From NCBI GenBank assembly GCA_937625935.1, contig OW569367.1, positions 427,108 to 491,107 of the forward strand: 64,000 nt of DNA, given 5' to 3'. Source of the DNA: Tetramitus jugosus. Its lineage: Eukaryota > Protista > Heterolobosea. This document shows positions 12,197 through 25,255 of the stretch, one piece after another. Under the pieces are notes generated by a model. The model was given only the letters and a program-made list of their open reading frames with translations. It searched no databases and was not told the origin of the DNA. A program made the position numbers and the translations under genes. The stretch's first letter is position 1; each line of letters begins with the position of its first letter.

Positions 12197-13753
12197 TTAA
12201 GCCTTGGTGGACAAAGCAACCTTCATCAATGAAGCGCAGAAGGCAAAAATTGGCTTTGGCTTTGCTTCAACGATATCTTCCCACAACAAGAACACGGCAG
12301 CACCAATCTTTCTGGCAACAGAGATGGCATACTTTGCGTTTTGAGCAGAGTCCTCTTCGGTCTCACCTGGTGTGATCAGATCCATGTTGACAGATCTTGG
12401 AGAAATCTTGGCACACAAGTTGCACAAGAAGACACCAGTCTTCAATGAACCATCACCAAAGCTTGCAATAGAGGAGTCACCAACCTTTTGGTTAGCCCAT
12501 TGGAGAACATCATTATCAGCGACAGGCTTTCCATTGCCCAACTCCTTCAATGTGTTCAACAAGTTGTGTCTCATCAATTGCCAAATCATACCCAAGATCA
12601 ACTTCTTGTTCTTGTCATAAATCTCTGGACCAGATTGGTTCACAGTGACAAACTTGAGTTGATCAGCCAATTGAATGCAATAGTTTGTGTTTTCAATGGC
12701 TTGATACTTGTTCTTTGGGTTCTTGTTTGCCTTCTTCCAGTCAACAATACCTGGCTGGACACGGTCGAACAATTCCAACAAGACTGCACCATTTCTCAAA
12801 TCTTCGTACAAGTTGTTAATGTCCAAGCCTTGAGATTGGATCCAGAACTTGAAGGACTTTTCTTCACGAGATCCCTCACTGTCAAAATCGAGCAAATCAG
12901 CATAGTCATTTGGATTGACAGCTTCCAAAGCAGGGAAGTTGTTGAACAAGTTGGCAACAAAGGCCAAATTGAGCTTGGAGTTACCCTTGGTCACGTCCTT
13001 TGGAGTCACAAACTTGCGGCATCCGAGACGATCAGCACCGTTCAACATCTTGTCTGCCCTCTTCTCCAAATCACTTTCACTCAATGGAGTCATGTCGCAC
13101 TCATTGTTTGGACAAATTTGCTTCAACAATGTAGTGTAGACAACAGAGTCCTTGATATCAGAGGCAAAGTTGGCAATTCTTCTGTCGCTCTTTGCTTCCT
13201 TGAGGTGATAATTGACCCAACGGATCAAAATTTGTTCAGGTGACAACTTTAGCAAATCACTCAATTCTTCACCGTCGTTCAACAGACGAACGAGCTCAGG
13301 ATGCTCCTTGAGATTAATGTCAGACAAGAGACCAATCTTGATGATTTGCCAGACGAGACCAAGGACAATGTGAGGTCTTCCCTCAGAGAGAGTCTCTGGT
13401 TGAATGTTGACAACGCTGCAACCGATACCTTGAGCAGAGTTGATGGCCAAGGTGTGATTTTCATTCTTTTGCCATGGGTTGTTGTTCTCCTTGAGATTGA
13501 TCACACGTTCATCGATCGTTCCTGGAATAGCAACGTTGATTAATTTACAGAGCAAAACACCATTCTTTACAGCCTCAAAGAGACCGTCGTGAGCCAATGG
13601 CATGACAGATGACAGATGGTTGTCATCTTGGAGGACAGAGTTGATGTAGTCAGTGAAGGCCTCAGTTTCTTCAGAGGTGTAGGAGTGAACACCAACTTCT
13701 CCGCCAACTTGTTCAACGTTAGCTTTGCGCGCCAATAGGGTTTGTTGGGACAT
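12197..13753 (-). CDS. FIM: Fimbrin/plastin-like actin-bundling protein (4 CH domains, no EF-hand headpiece)
   Basis: GVLLCKLIN..PGTIDERVIN, LGLVWQIIKIGL, PEQILIRWVNYHL, KLNLAFVANLFN, NAKYAISVARKIGA. Confidence 0.95.
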   Translation of the reverse strand: MSQQTLLARKANVEQVGGEVGVHSYTSEETEAFTDYINSVLQDDNHLSSVMPLAHDGLFEAVKNGVLLCKLINVAIPGTIDERVINLKENNNPWQKNENHTLAINSAQGIGCSVVNIQPETLSEGRPHIVLGLVWQIIKIGLLSDINLKEHPELVRLLNDGEELSDLLKLSPEQILIRWVNYHLKEAKSDRRIANFASDIKDSVVYTTLLKQICPNNECDMTPLSESDLEKRADKMLNGADRLGCRKFVTPKDVTKGNSKLNLAFVANLFNNFPALEAVNPNDYADLLDFDSEGSREEKSFKFWIQSQGLDINNLYEDLRNGAVLLELFDRVQPGIVDWKKANKNPKNKYQAIENTNYCIQLADQLKFVTVNQSGPEIYDKNKKLILGMIWQLMRHNLLNTLKELGNGKPVADNDVLQWANQKVGDSSIASFGDGSLKTGVFLCNLCAKISPRSVNMDLITPGETEEDSAQNAKYAISVARKIGAAVFLLWEDIVEAKPKPIFAFCASLMKVALSTKA

Positions 13754-14156
13754 GATTTTTAATGTGTCGTCGTAGTGTGGGGTTGCTTTATTTTACAGAT
13801 GAAGTGTTCAAGCGATGTGGTCGATCGTTTGATTCTCTCTTTGTTGTTGGTTTTGTGTTGTACGTGAGAAAAATAATTGGGCACACCACAATCTGTTGAT
13901 AAAGCACTTGATTCGCTTTGCAGCCTATTCAGTTTCAAGTTGATCAACACGTCAATCAAACGTCATGTGGAAATGAAAATTACAACAAAAAAATAGCGCG
14001 GAGTATTCTGAAGCATGCCGGTATGCATCAACGTCAGAGCGAAGCACAAATCCAATCACGTTCAAATGAGGATCTCTGCTTACAACTCACAAGCTTCTAC
14101 GAAAAACCAGCTGCACATAACACATTGCCAATTCCTTGGTCAGACATGCGGAAATC

Positions 14157-15758
14157 TCATTCATAGCAATTATGAAGTAGAATGCTCGACGAACCAAACA
14201 CCCTCTTGTACGCCTTCTTAAGGTTATGAAACTGCTTGTACAATTCTTCGTTGGAGGCATGGACAAGATTGGATTTTGATTGAGATCTCCTCCTCTCTTC
14301 TCTGTTGTCATTCTTCAGTACTTCTCTTTCCTCTTTCTTTTCTTCTTTGTTGCTTCTATCTCTCCTAGCTCTTCGATTCTCAGCTTCTACTTCCTGCTTA
14401 ATTTTTCTGTCTATCCTCTTTTTTTCCATCTCTCGACTCTTGTTTGAAGCAAGTAGAACTATCTTGAGTTGTTCTCGAATGAGCGTACTTGCTTCTGCTA
14501 ATTGGGTGTTTTGACTCGACAGTTCATCGAGCCTGTTCGAATATTCCTCCATTCTGGCGACGTGCTGTTGAAGTTTGGACTCTAGGTGGTTCTGTAACTT
14601 GGACAATTGTTTGTTTTCAGAACTTATCCGTTTATCATTGTTGATTTTGTCTTCTTCTTGAGCTACTTTCATGAGTCGAAGGGTGTTGAATAGTTCGTTA
14701 AACTCGTTGTTGTGTTTGTCGATAGAGTGGACTAGCTCTGTTTCCATACTTCTCAAAGCCTTGTTGGTTTTGTTTGATAGTTCTTCGCGATGAGACACTT
14801 CTGCACTAATTCTTTGGTCCATCTTACTTAACCTTGCCTCCATGTTCGAAAATTTTTCCTCAAAGCTGTCCATCTCGACCATGGTAGCTTCGAGCCGAAC
14901 TAATCTCTGATGGACACTTCTCAGTTGTTTCTTTTCTATGATTGCTGATGGTTCATCGGTTGACGATGTGGATAGCTTGGATCCCACGCTTAGTCTTCCT
15001 TTAGATCCAATTGATGAGAGTGACAGACGAGGATTAGTTGTCGAGAGAGATTTTAGTTCCTTGAAGCTCATATCTTCCAGATTATCTGTTTTGTTCTTCA
15101 ATACTTTTAATTCCCTCTCCAGATTTTTAATTGTTCTTTCCAAATTGTTTTCCTCTCTGTTGCTACGTGTTGAAGCGGCCAAGCTCTTACTTGGTTGCTT
15201 GGTTTTGGGTTGTTTCTTCATCATTTTTTTGGATCTAACTTCAATAGGGAGTACCAATGAATTACTTTTTCTCTTAGAGGATGTGACACGCTTCTCAGGT
15301 ACTTGATCCTTCGATCTAGATCGTGTTACACCGTTAGAAACTGATTTATACTTGCGATCATCAGAAAGATCAGATGACACTTCTTTGACTCTTTTCATCT
15401 CACTTTTCCCACTCCTAGACAATTTTCTAGTCCTACTGTTCGGTTCCTGCAATCTCATATCATGTTCTGCTTCAGAAAAGAGGTCGTCATCGTCGAGGTA
15501 GTTGCTATACTTAACGAGTTTTCTCAACCTACTGAGAGAGAGTTTCCCAAAATCCGAGGAAGGTGCACTCGATCGCGTTTTAGAATGGTGAGAGTAGGAC
15601 GGTTTTCTTTCGTCCACAGATGAAGGTTCTTCAGAGGAAAAGGTGATATCACCTATACTACTCTCGTCTGAAAAGGAGTCTATTCATTCAAAAAAAGGTT
15701 GAATTGATCACTTTACATTTACATCTCGAAAGTACGATTACATACCTGTGGAGCTCAT
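14157..15758 (-). CDS. Ser/Lys-rich coiled-coil protein (micro-exon 15758-15746, exon 15679-14157)
   Basis: The long ORF extends upstream through a GTATGT...TAG intron to ATG AGC TCC ACA G. The C-terminal half is heptad-rich. Confidence 0.65.
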
Positions 15759-16792
15759 TTTGATGAAATAATTTTTGTTCATGAAACGGTTTCGTAAAAA
15801 AGATGGCGGGAAGGAGAAGAGATCGTTGAGACTTCATCTTTGGTCCTGGCTGTGGTGGGAGAAGAGAAAAAAGAAGTCTCAATGGAGCACTTGTTCTTCT
15901 TGTACAAGCATGGACCTAAAGTTCTTTTCCTACAACATTCGTACTATGGACTGAAATATGTCGCTAAGTAACGAAACAACCTCTGCTCTATTTAAATCGT
16001 CAATCATATGAGGTACAAGACAATTTCTAGAAGTTGTGGTGAAAAAGAAGAGAAAGAAGAGGACATGATTCTCACTGGAAACAAGGGTCCCCGAGCGATG
16101 ATGTAGCTCCAGATACTGTATAGGCTATTGACTAATCTTTTGAGAAGGAAGTTCTGTATTCCGGTAACTCCTTTAAAGATAAAAAGAGAAAATTAGATCT
16201 GGTGTTGTGTTGTTGGGTGATCTGAGAGTTCGTATGGTTCTGGACAAGTACGGGAAAGAATGGACTCTTGTCGAATTTATAGCTATCCACTCGGGTGGGA
16301 GTACATCAACTGCGTCTAACTGAACTTCCAACAAGAAGAAGCAGGCAGAAACCCGATTCATTCAGAGTGTGATCCATGTCAAAAGGATGTAAAACCAAAC
16401 AAGAGCATGACATACAATTATACATCAGTGTTCATCATCAGAAATTTGCAGTCATGTACAAGCGCAAGGTTCTTCCAACACTGGTAGATTGGTTTGGCGG
16501 AGTACCTGCATGTATCAAGGAATACATGGACTTACACTGACACTTCTGATAAATTGGACTTTCATTTTTCAAGAACCGTTGATGATTCCTTTAGCTGTTG
16601 CTTGAGAAAACTCACTTGAACGGGCAGAAGACGCCAAGTAATCACCTGTTTGTACCCGCTCTGTGGTTCAGAGACAAATCTTCGGCCGGTGTGTTACACT
16701 CCCGACCTCCAGAATAACAACTTAACCTCAGCGTCTCCAGAGAAGAGCGATGCACCTGTTGAAAAATCAGGCCGTTTATTGATCACTACGAT

Positions 16793-18097
16793 TTAAATGC
16801 CGTAGCGAAGTTTCAAAGGACAATTTCTTACACAACAATTGGCAATAGAGTTGCTGAGTTGCTCCTCTGTGTCCAAACTAAGGACAGTATCAAAGCTCCT
16901 CTTCATCATGTCCATCTCGAGGCTCATTCTCTTCATATCTCTTTCTAGGACAGAAATCCGATTCTTCATATTTGCGTTCTGCTCCTCGAGATCAGCTTTC
17001 TGCTCTTTCAACTCCTTGTTCAGCTCTTCAAGTCTGACGTTCTGCTCTTCAAGTCTGATATTCTGATTCTTCAGATTTGCATTCTGCTCTTCGAGATCAG
17101 CTTTCTGCTCCTTCAACTCCTTGTTCTGCTCTTCAAGTCTGATATTCTGATTCTTCAGAGTTGCATTCTGCTCCTCGAGATCAGCCTTCTGCTCTTTCAA
17201 CTCCTTGTTCAGCTTGTCAAGTCTGATATTCTGGTTCTTCAGAGTTGCGTTCTGCTCCTCGAGATCAGCCTTCTGCTCTTTCAACTCCTTGTTCAGCTCT
17301 TCAAGTCTGGTATTCTGGTTCTTCAGATTTGCGTTCTGCTCTTCGAGATCAACCTTCTGCTCTTTCAACTCCTTGTTCAGCTCTTCAAGTCTGACGTTCT
17401 GCTCTTCAAGTCTGACTTTCTGCTCTTCAAGCTTATTTCGAATAACGACATTCTCTTTTTGGAGCTTTTCAATGAAAAACATCACCTGCTCATTGAGGCC
17501 ACTTCCTTTAGACACTGAAACCAATTCTTCTTCAACAACTCCCCCCTGGACAGCTCCATGAGTACTATCGATTGGATTAACGGTTTGTTCAGAGCTGTAC
17601 TCTTCTAAATCTCCAGGACCTTCCTTTTGGCTTTCATTCTCAGTCTTTGTTTGCTCTTCCAAGGGTTCAACATTCGGGGGGAGAGCTTCTTGAGGTTGTT
17701 GTCGCTGTACTTTTGGTGCTTCCTTTCTCTGACCTTTGTCTTTGGTATTCTTCTTTTTGGTTGAAGCGAGTGTAGGCATCTTGTTTTCAGAAGTTTTTTT
17801 ATCAGCTTTTCCTTTGTTTTTTCGAGTCTTTGGATTCTCAAAGCTCTCAATAAGTTGCATACTTTCCTCTTCAATTTTCTTCAGTTCTTTGTCAAACCTA
17901 TCCAAAATAATAGCTCTGTTGTTAGCAATATGAATGGTAGCTTCAACTGTTGAAGTTGGTTGTGGAAGAACCCTCATGACATAAAACCACAGTCTGTCTC
18001 TGTGAACACTGTTTGTGTTCAGCCAGACACTTGGACGTTCAATAGTGAGGAGACGGTTCAACTCTTCTAGGAATGGGTCAATATTTATCTCAGTCAT
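16793..18097 (-). CDS. Coiled-coil protein with a 28-aa tandem repeat; the only full-length member of a 3-copy local family
   Basis: ORF from ATG 18097 (MTEINIDPF); repeats of LEELNKELKEQKADLEEQNANLKNQNIR. Confidence 0.65.
   Translation of the reverse strand: MTEINIDPFLEELNRLLTIERPSVWLNTNSVHRDRLWFYVMRVLPQPTSTVEATIHIANNRAIILDRFDKELKKIEEESMQLIESFENPKTRKNKGKADKKTSENKMPTLASTKKKNTKDKGQRKEAPKVQRQQPQEALPPNVEPLEEQTKTENESQKEGPGDLEEYSSEQTVNPIDSTHGAVQGGVVEEELVSVSKGSGLNEQVMFFIEKLQKENVVIRNKLEEQKVRLEEQNVRLEELNKELKEQKVDLEEQNANLKNQNTRLEELNKELKEQKADLEEQNATLKNQNIRLDKLNKELKEQKADLEEQNATLKNQNIRLEEQNKELKEQKADLEEQNANLKNQNIRLEEQNVRLEELNKELKEQKADLEEQNANMKNRISVLERDMKRMSLEMDMMKRSFDTVLSLDTEEQLSNSIANCCVRNCPLKLRYGI
16975..17430 (-). 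repeat. Coding minisatellite, 84-bp unit built from 21-bp (heptad) subunits
   Basis: TTCTGCTCTTCAAGTCTG / TTCTGCTCCTCGAGATCAGC units recur on the + strand. Confidence 0.9.
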
Positions 18098-21000
18098 GTT
18101 TCTTTTGTGTGCAACAGCTCTCCAGTTTTTTGAAATTTTGTCTGTAAATCTCGGTTGGCTCCACTCCCAACATTGAATGTTCAACCAGTTGCTTGTTGTT
18201 GGGTCTCATGATGCGGCGATAACCAAAGGTCCAACATCTCTTCATGGGAATTCACTCATTCAATCTTCCTCTCTCTGCTCTTACTCATCACTCTGACTAA
18301 AGTCTTTCTCAACCTCTTAAGTCAATCGACTTCAAACAACGCACAAGTAAACAAAAAATCAAAAAAACACAATGATTCTCGGCTCTCAAAAAATCATTCG
18401 TTGTATAGAAAGGTCTTGTATTTTGTTTCATATCAGCAGATAATCAGGTCATCACAGCTTCCTATTGGCTACTTTCGAGCAGTTCATCTCTGAGACATGT
18501 CAAAATCTTGCCCAACAAGTTCAATCCCTTCCATTTCGATCGATCCTTGCACTCATCGACATCTTGTTCACTCCAACCAATGCCCCAGATGTTGTCACGA
18601 GGTGAAGCCTCAACAAACTCCTTCGTGAATCTACGGAAAGGAGATGTGCGGAAAAGATGGGAACCGTACCCATGTCCGAGCGGACTATAGTGTGTACGGA
18701 GAGTTTTTTGTAATACAACACAGTTGCCATGTCGGTAACGGACTCAATTTGTAAAGGACGAGCGTCAACCAATCAAAAAGTAAAATGGAGAAACAGCTGG
18801 ATTTTGTTTTTAAACAAAAAACGCTGTTCTCCATCTCTTACGTTCTCGGAGAGCATCGCATCTTTCTTATCCACAACTCTGGAAAACCAAGGGCCTTTCG
18901 ACGCGCTACCTCTGGTTTCATTCCAATTCTAGAAAGTGGATAATCATCTGTTCGATCGTTATCAAGCACCACCTTACCTGAGATACTCCTTGACCATCAG
19001 GTAATTGATTAAATCAAGTTCTTCACAACGTCATTGAATAACTTCGTACAAGTCGTTATTTCACACTTCAAATTGAACATGGAACCCATCTCTTGACAGA
19101 GTGTAAGTGGTTCTTGCATTCCAACTGTGATACAATTCTGCACACATACATTTTTCTCAATCTTCGAGAACAATCTTTCATACCACAGCCATTACCAACA
19201 TATGTGTTTATATTATAGCTATAATAACTCAAAACTTCTGATCCTTTCATCATTAAAAATATTTTTCCTCAGCTGAACAACTTGAACAATGGCATAGTTG
19301 TCAGATTGTACATCATTCACGGGTACTTTGGGAGTCATCAAGTTAGATATGATCACGTTGTTCTTAGACAAGCCATGAAGTAACCTCAGTCGAAGCCAGA
19401 CTGGCAATGCTTTATCACCTTGGTACGCTTATCGCTAGTGATCAGAACAATTTTTGAGCAAGTGTCATAGAGCTTTCCTGGTCGCACTACTTTTCGATCA
19501 AGTACTTTTTTCCCGCTGCAGCTGAATACAAAATAATCCACTGTAGCGAAATGTCGCACAAGAGAAGGAGTTTAAGTCATGACAGCAACGAGAAGCAATT
19601 CCAAGAAGCAACCAAACTACAATGCACCTCACTCACAGCAATTCTGCCCAGGACTCAAGCGAGACAATACACAAGCATCGAGTGATAAACCAAGAGCCTT
19701 ACTAGATGGAAACAACCCTTTGTTTAGAAAGTCATGTGAGATCAATCGCGGGATGGAATTCTGCACAACTGCCCGTACCATACTATGGAACCGTTTGCAA
19801 CCCAATGTACTTCAATATGATCGAAATCTTGTCATTGGTTCTTGTCCTCATCATGTTCTCAACCTTTGGGTTAAGATGCAAGGGGAACATAAAACGAGAA
19901 GTACGCGATATGTTAACGGTGAAAAACAGAAAGTTCGATTTGATCATTATATTTTTGAAGCAACGATGCCTGATCTTGGTGGACATTGGACTGTTAAGTG
20001 TTTCCAAAGAGGAACAACACTTTTCAGAGTGTTCTACACTAGAGTTTCGTTCATCATCAATACTATAGACTACCGAGTATACTGCTCTTGGACACAAGAA
20101 ACACAGTTCTTTGGTTTCCAATCGAAATGGTGGAGTGTTTAGAAGTTAGTTTGATCAGAATTATACTAACAAGAATTGATACGACCAAGTGGAAGTTCCA
20201 ATCTGGGTTCCTCTCCCAATCAATTGTTACATTCTGTATCGCAATGAGAGGGGATTGAGCTAGAATCGTTTTGGGTGGTTCTTGTCCCAATTGACATTGG
20301 TTCCATCCACCTTGTACTTTTTGACGGCTTCCACAAACAATTTTGAGATAGGTCATAGTGACACAACACTGAGTACTCACAGTGAATGAAGGAGATGGGG
20401 CATCACCAATCACAATGTTGGTACGTCCGTTCTTTTGTGAGACAGTCAGCTCTTTCCGTTGAACCTTATTCGAACTCCCAGACACACGGTTCAAGCATTG
20501 TCAGGCAATGGACACCCTTAGTATACTTTTGAAGGATGATTACCAATACACAGCCAGCCACTCTTGGATATAGATGGGCCAATTCCTCAGATGGTCCTGG
20601 TAACAAAGTGCTCCAGAACTTCGGCACTCATTTGTCGGATTTGTACAATTGCTAGATGGATTTGGGAACTGGATCAGTACGGAAACCGAAATAATGAACA
20701 TTGAAATTCGTTTGGGAGTTACGAGAGCCAAACACACATTCAATGAAATAGACTTCTCGGCCTGTTGTGTTGTTTGGTGTCTGAAGGACTTGGCATTGAA
20801 ATACGGAATGATAGGTTCACAGGATTGTATGTATCCAATTTCTCACGGTTAATTGATGCATCAATGCTAGATCATCTATTGTCACATTGAGTTGTTGTTT
20901 TCCCACGTTTGTGACCATGCCCCAATAAAATTGTTGTTGTTGTTGATTTGGTCATACACGATCGAAGCTCCAGATATCTCAGTAGGAGCAAATAGAGAAT

Positions 21001-24000
21001 ATGGAAATTTACTCCAGGTAATGAGGTCCCAGATGGTTGTCCGACATTTTGGACATTCCATTAATCTTGAAATTCTTCTGTACCGTTCAAAAAGGGAGCC
21101 AACGTTGTATCATCAAGAGTACGGCGATTTGTTTTGGTGTTGCTTGTCATAAAGTTAAGGCGTTCTATTCCTTCTGTATTCATTTTCCATACCAACAACC
21201 ACTATTGACACCATCGATGAAAGTGTTTGTGATATGCTTGGCCACCATACGATATGTTTTCTTTTTGAAGAAAGACCAATCATAGAATGCGACTGAAGCC
21301 CAGTACTCCACTTTTGAAACTTGATCTTGAGTTGGGCAATGACTTTTCATTACTTCAATCCATTTGCGCAGAGCCAGTTTCGATACACAATCATTACTCT
21401 TAATCATTGATTCAATTTTTGGCCTTATCAACAGAACTGTGGAAGCAGCGTAACATGGAATCATGATTCTCTTTGTCATTGTTTTTTCAGACAAAAAAAT
21501 CAAAGTTGATACCTAATCTATCGAGCAGTTGTTGAACCAAAATGAGGGTTGGAAACACTATTGGCAGTATAGTTGAAGAACGTTCACTCAATAATGAACA
21601 TGCCGACTCAATAATGTTAGTCACACTGTACGAATACTTGTACTCATCGTCCCTTAAACGTTGAACAAATAGGTTCTTGTCTGTTACTATCGCATCATAT
21701 ACAATCTGATCTCGCAAACTTTTCCAATTGACGAGCAACAAATGTGATGTCAAACATTACCCGCTCTGGTCCATACGTTTTAGATGCTGAAGAAGGGTAG
21801 TCATTGAGAGTTTTGATGCGACCAATAAGATTATTGTCCATATCGTGTTCACACCCAAGACATGATTTCGTGCCCCAAAGAACGCTGCCAGTTCTTTGTA
21901 ATCTGAACATAAGAACATATCGAACAACACCAGTTCGCGAGTTCCGTCCCATCGTTTTACCAACAAATAGTATTTTTTAAACGCATCAAAGTAGTTTTCG
22001 AACAAGTATCTATTCAACCATTGCATGTTAATTTGGGTTTCTGTTAATTCCATGTATGCAATAAGAGTGAAATATAAAAGGAGGGTCTTGAGTTTCCAAC
22101 TGTTCCCACTGGGAACAAGCAAACCAAAGTTTTATCCTTTCGGAATTGTTCGTTTAGTATCGCAACTGAAAAGCCAAGAATGCTTCTTCAACTTAATGAC
22201 AATGGTTCCGTCCTCGTTCATCGAAAAGCTATTCGATAGCATACTTGGGATAATCTCATGAAAGCTCACACATCAAAGAGAGCACTAACACTTGTTGTGA
22301 ATCCTTCATGGGCAAAACTCTTTCCAAGTAGAATCTCATCAAAGCAAGTCGTGAGTACTTGTCGGAGATCTTGTCATAGTGCAGCAGTGACAAGCTCTGG
22401 TGAAGCATATTCTTGAGTGAACATACTGGATGGAGCAACTAATACTGCTAAATTCTCTAACTGCTAGACATAGGATGGTGATCTTTCTTTCATTGAAAGA
22501 CACGGGCAAACGCGAAACCATTGTGATCACACCCATTGAGTCTGGAGCATCTTCTATTTCAAATCGAAATGCATTGAATAGACGGATATGACTCGGAGAA
22601 GCCAATTAATTTCCTTCGGAAGCTAGAGAATTTCGACAGTATGCAAAGAGGTTCTTGCAAGAGATAGACTCGTCGTGGTCTGTGACTGGTGGAAGGTACT
22701 ACGTTTCGTTACGGGGTGTATTGCGAGTAGTCTGTAAATGTCGTTTATGCTCACTACTGGATGGATTTCCAGATTATTTTGAATCAAGTCATACTCCTAG
22801 TGTTGCCACTGTCGCTAGATATTCCTCATTGATATTAGTAACATATTTTCGACAATTGAGGTATCCATAATATTTTGCCGATCAGAAACTTCTAGATTAA
22901 ATCGACTTTGAAGAAAAATTGTGAAAAGAGTCCTATCTTTGCGTTTGAAGGAGATCGACAATCAATTGAAAACAATGAAAAAAGAAGCAGTGTTCATGAA
23001 AAGCTATTGCAATCTCACAGACATGCAATGGTTAAAACTGAGGTACTTCTTTGTCAAAAAAGGAAGAATATGATATTTGTAACGACGATATGTGGTGTAG
23101 ATTTTACACTGTCCATTTGTTAGCTTGAAGGTGAAAGAGGGGAGAATCATATCAAAGCGAAGCTTTACAATCGAATGCCGCTTGGACAGATGCCGATTAA
23201 GGGTCGTGGCTTTGTTTTTACTCTTTCCATTGTTCGAACTTATTGATTAATTTCGTGAAATTCTCTAGGGCACACTAAATCTGACCATCTGATGTCAACA
23301 CAGACGATTAATCACCTGCGACAACTTGATTCACTGGCAGACCAAGTACTGTTGTACACACATGAAGAGGATATCTGTTGTTGTTCCGTGACCAGTTGTC
23401 CTTTGCGTTGGCACCTCAAATATAAACACCTTGAGTCAGAGCAACCAGAATTGGTCTGTTTCCGCATTGTCAATAGTCATGAAATGTTCTTCTTGGGTCC
23501 TGAAGTATCGTTCGCTCAAAGTAGTTTTTGCTTTCTTGTTGGTTCAAAAAAACTTGACGGCGTTTTTCACAGCGGTGGAAACAACAAAACAATCACCAGA
23601 CTGAAGCTCGGCTTTGTGAAAGAAAAGTCGATAAATTGGTCGGTTTGACAGTGAAGATGTTAGTACCGTCTTTTCCACGTAGTTTTCCTCTCTGTCCATC
23701 TCCCCGAAAACTAACTGCATCTTCAAGTATTTTGACTGAATTGAGCTCTACTATGATCAGTGTCTTTAACACGGTTATCAAACAACACTCAATTCCCACC
23801 AAGCATTTGCGGGATACATCTTTAATTCTCGATTGGAAAAGACTTCAGTGATAAGTGAATTTACTTTCTACGGTTACAGAGTGATGTTAGTGATGGGAAA
23901 TCCATTAGATTGATCATTCGGTAGAGGTATTAGTATGCGTGATCACTAGATGGATTCTGTTAAAGAAATTGGTCCAGAGTGTAATTATTCTTATGTGTTT

Positions 24001-25255
24001 TTGAAGCAATTCGTTGAAAATTAGCCTTTGACCGCTTTGCATATGGTCGTATGATGTGAAGCAGAGTTTTCTCGATAAATCAAATAAAATGTAAGAATGG
24101 GAATGAGAGATTGATTTAATACCTGTAACATTTGGGAGAATGTCTGCTCGGAATGTTCGTACTGATGGAGTATCAACCTATTTATTCAATTTAAGTATCT
24201 AGAAGAGGCATCGCAAGATTTGATGGTGATCGCTTTGATTACAAATGCTAAGTCGCCAGAGCAAGTATCATTGATATAAAATGTTATTATATCATATTAT
24301 TATGGATTTTATGGTAAGTCAGTCGGAGTTTTATCTGACCAAGATAGATCAACAAACGAATAATTGATCAGCAATTGGATCTCATTCGTCACTATGAATA
24401 TTTATTGTCAGTGAATAGTATACCACTCATGTCACCTTTCGTTTTTACAGCACCATCCACCCTATCAACCACCACAGCAGTTCCAACACCATCAACTCAA
24501 TCCATTGATACTTCAAATGTGTGGGATCGTTAGTGTGATATGCCACACTTCGCCTGAACTTTATTCTGCGACAAAAGATAATAGAAGGGAATTAGTCCGT
24601 CTTATGAATGATACAGATGTGATTGGTATCTCCCTTACTCCGAGGAGATGTCTTGTCAAACTTCAGATTTCCTAACTTGGAAACTACGTAACTAGAATGG
24701 TTGAGAAACATGGTGGTTATGATCACTGTAAAGACATGAAGCTATTTACGAAAATAGCTAAACTTATTGGTAGATGGTTTCTGGGTATCAAATCCCAGTT
24801 CGATCTTTGCCCCGTGCTGATTCAGTAATGAAAGAACAGAAGCAATATCTTGTTGGAATGGACAATTCCGCTCAGATTCGAAGTTGTGTCAAGAAAGAAA
24901 ACGACAAATACTTTGTGCACTATTGCTGTTTCACAGAAAGTGTGCTGATTTTTGGGCGCGTGGCTGGTCTGGCGGGAAATCCAATGGTCGTCCCAGGACA
25001 CGTGATGGATTGCGGTCGCCCGAACAAATCCAGGTCGAATCCAGGTTTTGTAATCCAGGCAACCAACGTCAAATAAAAGTCGGTTGGTTTCTTTCACCAA
25101 CCAAAACAACAACAATGACACAACAACAGTCACAACAACCATCACAACCACAACAAGAAGAGGAGTATGAAGTTTCTGCACTCTGGGGGATGAGAAAAAG
25201 AAGAAAAAGGAACCAGTTCTTGGTTCAATGGGCGGACCCCTACTCCAACATCGAA

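Larger units (their letters stand above)
16439..18624 (+). repeat. Copy 1 of the triplicated segment (coiled-coil ORF + MAEA 5' flank + MAEA 3' end + NADAR 3' end)
   Basis: Near-identical to 32748-34142 and to parts of 34139-36831. The MAEA body is deleted at ~18376. Confidence 0.95.

Noticed and set aside
16975-17430. CRISPR-like repeat array
   Set aside because: Contiguous in-frame coding repeats without unique spacers, in a eukaryotic context.
22960-23070. MKKEAVFMKSYCNLTDMQWLKLRYFF resembling a Transib/RAG1-like helix
   Set aside because: Short, with no downstream catalytic motifs or TIRs found.
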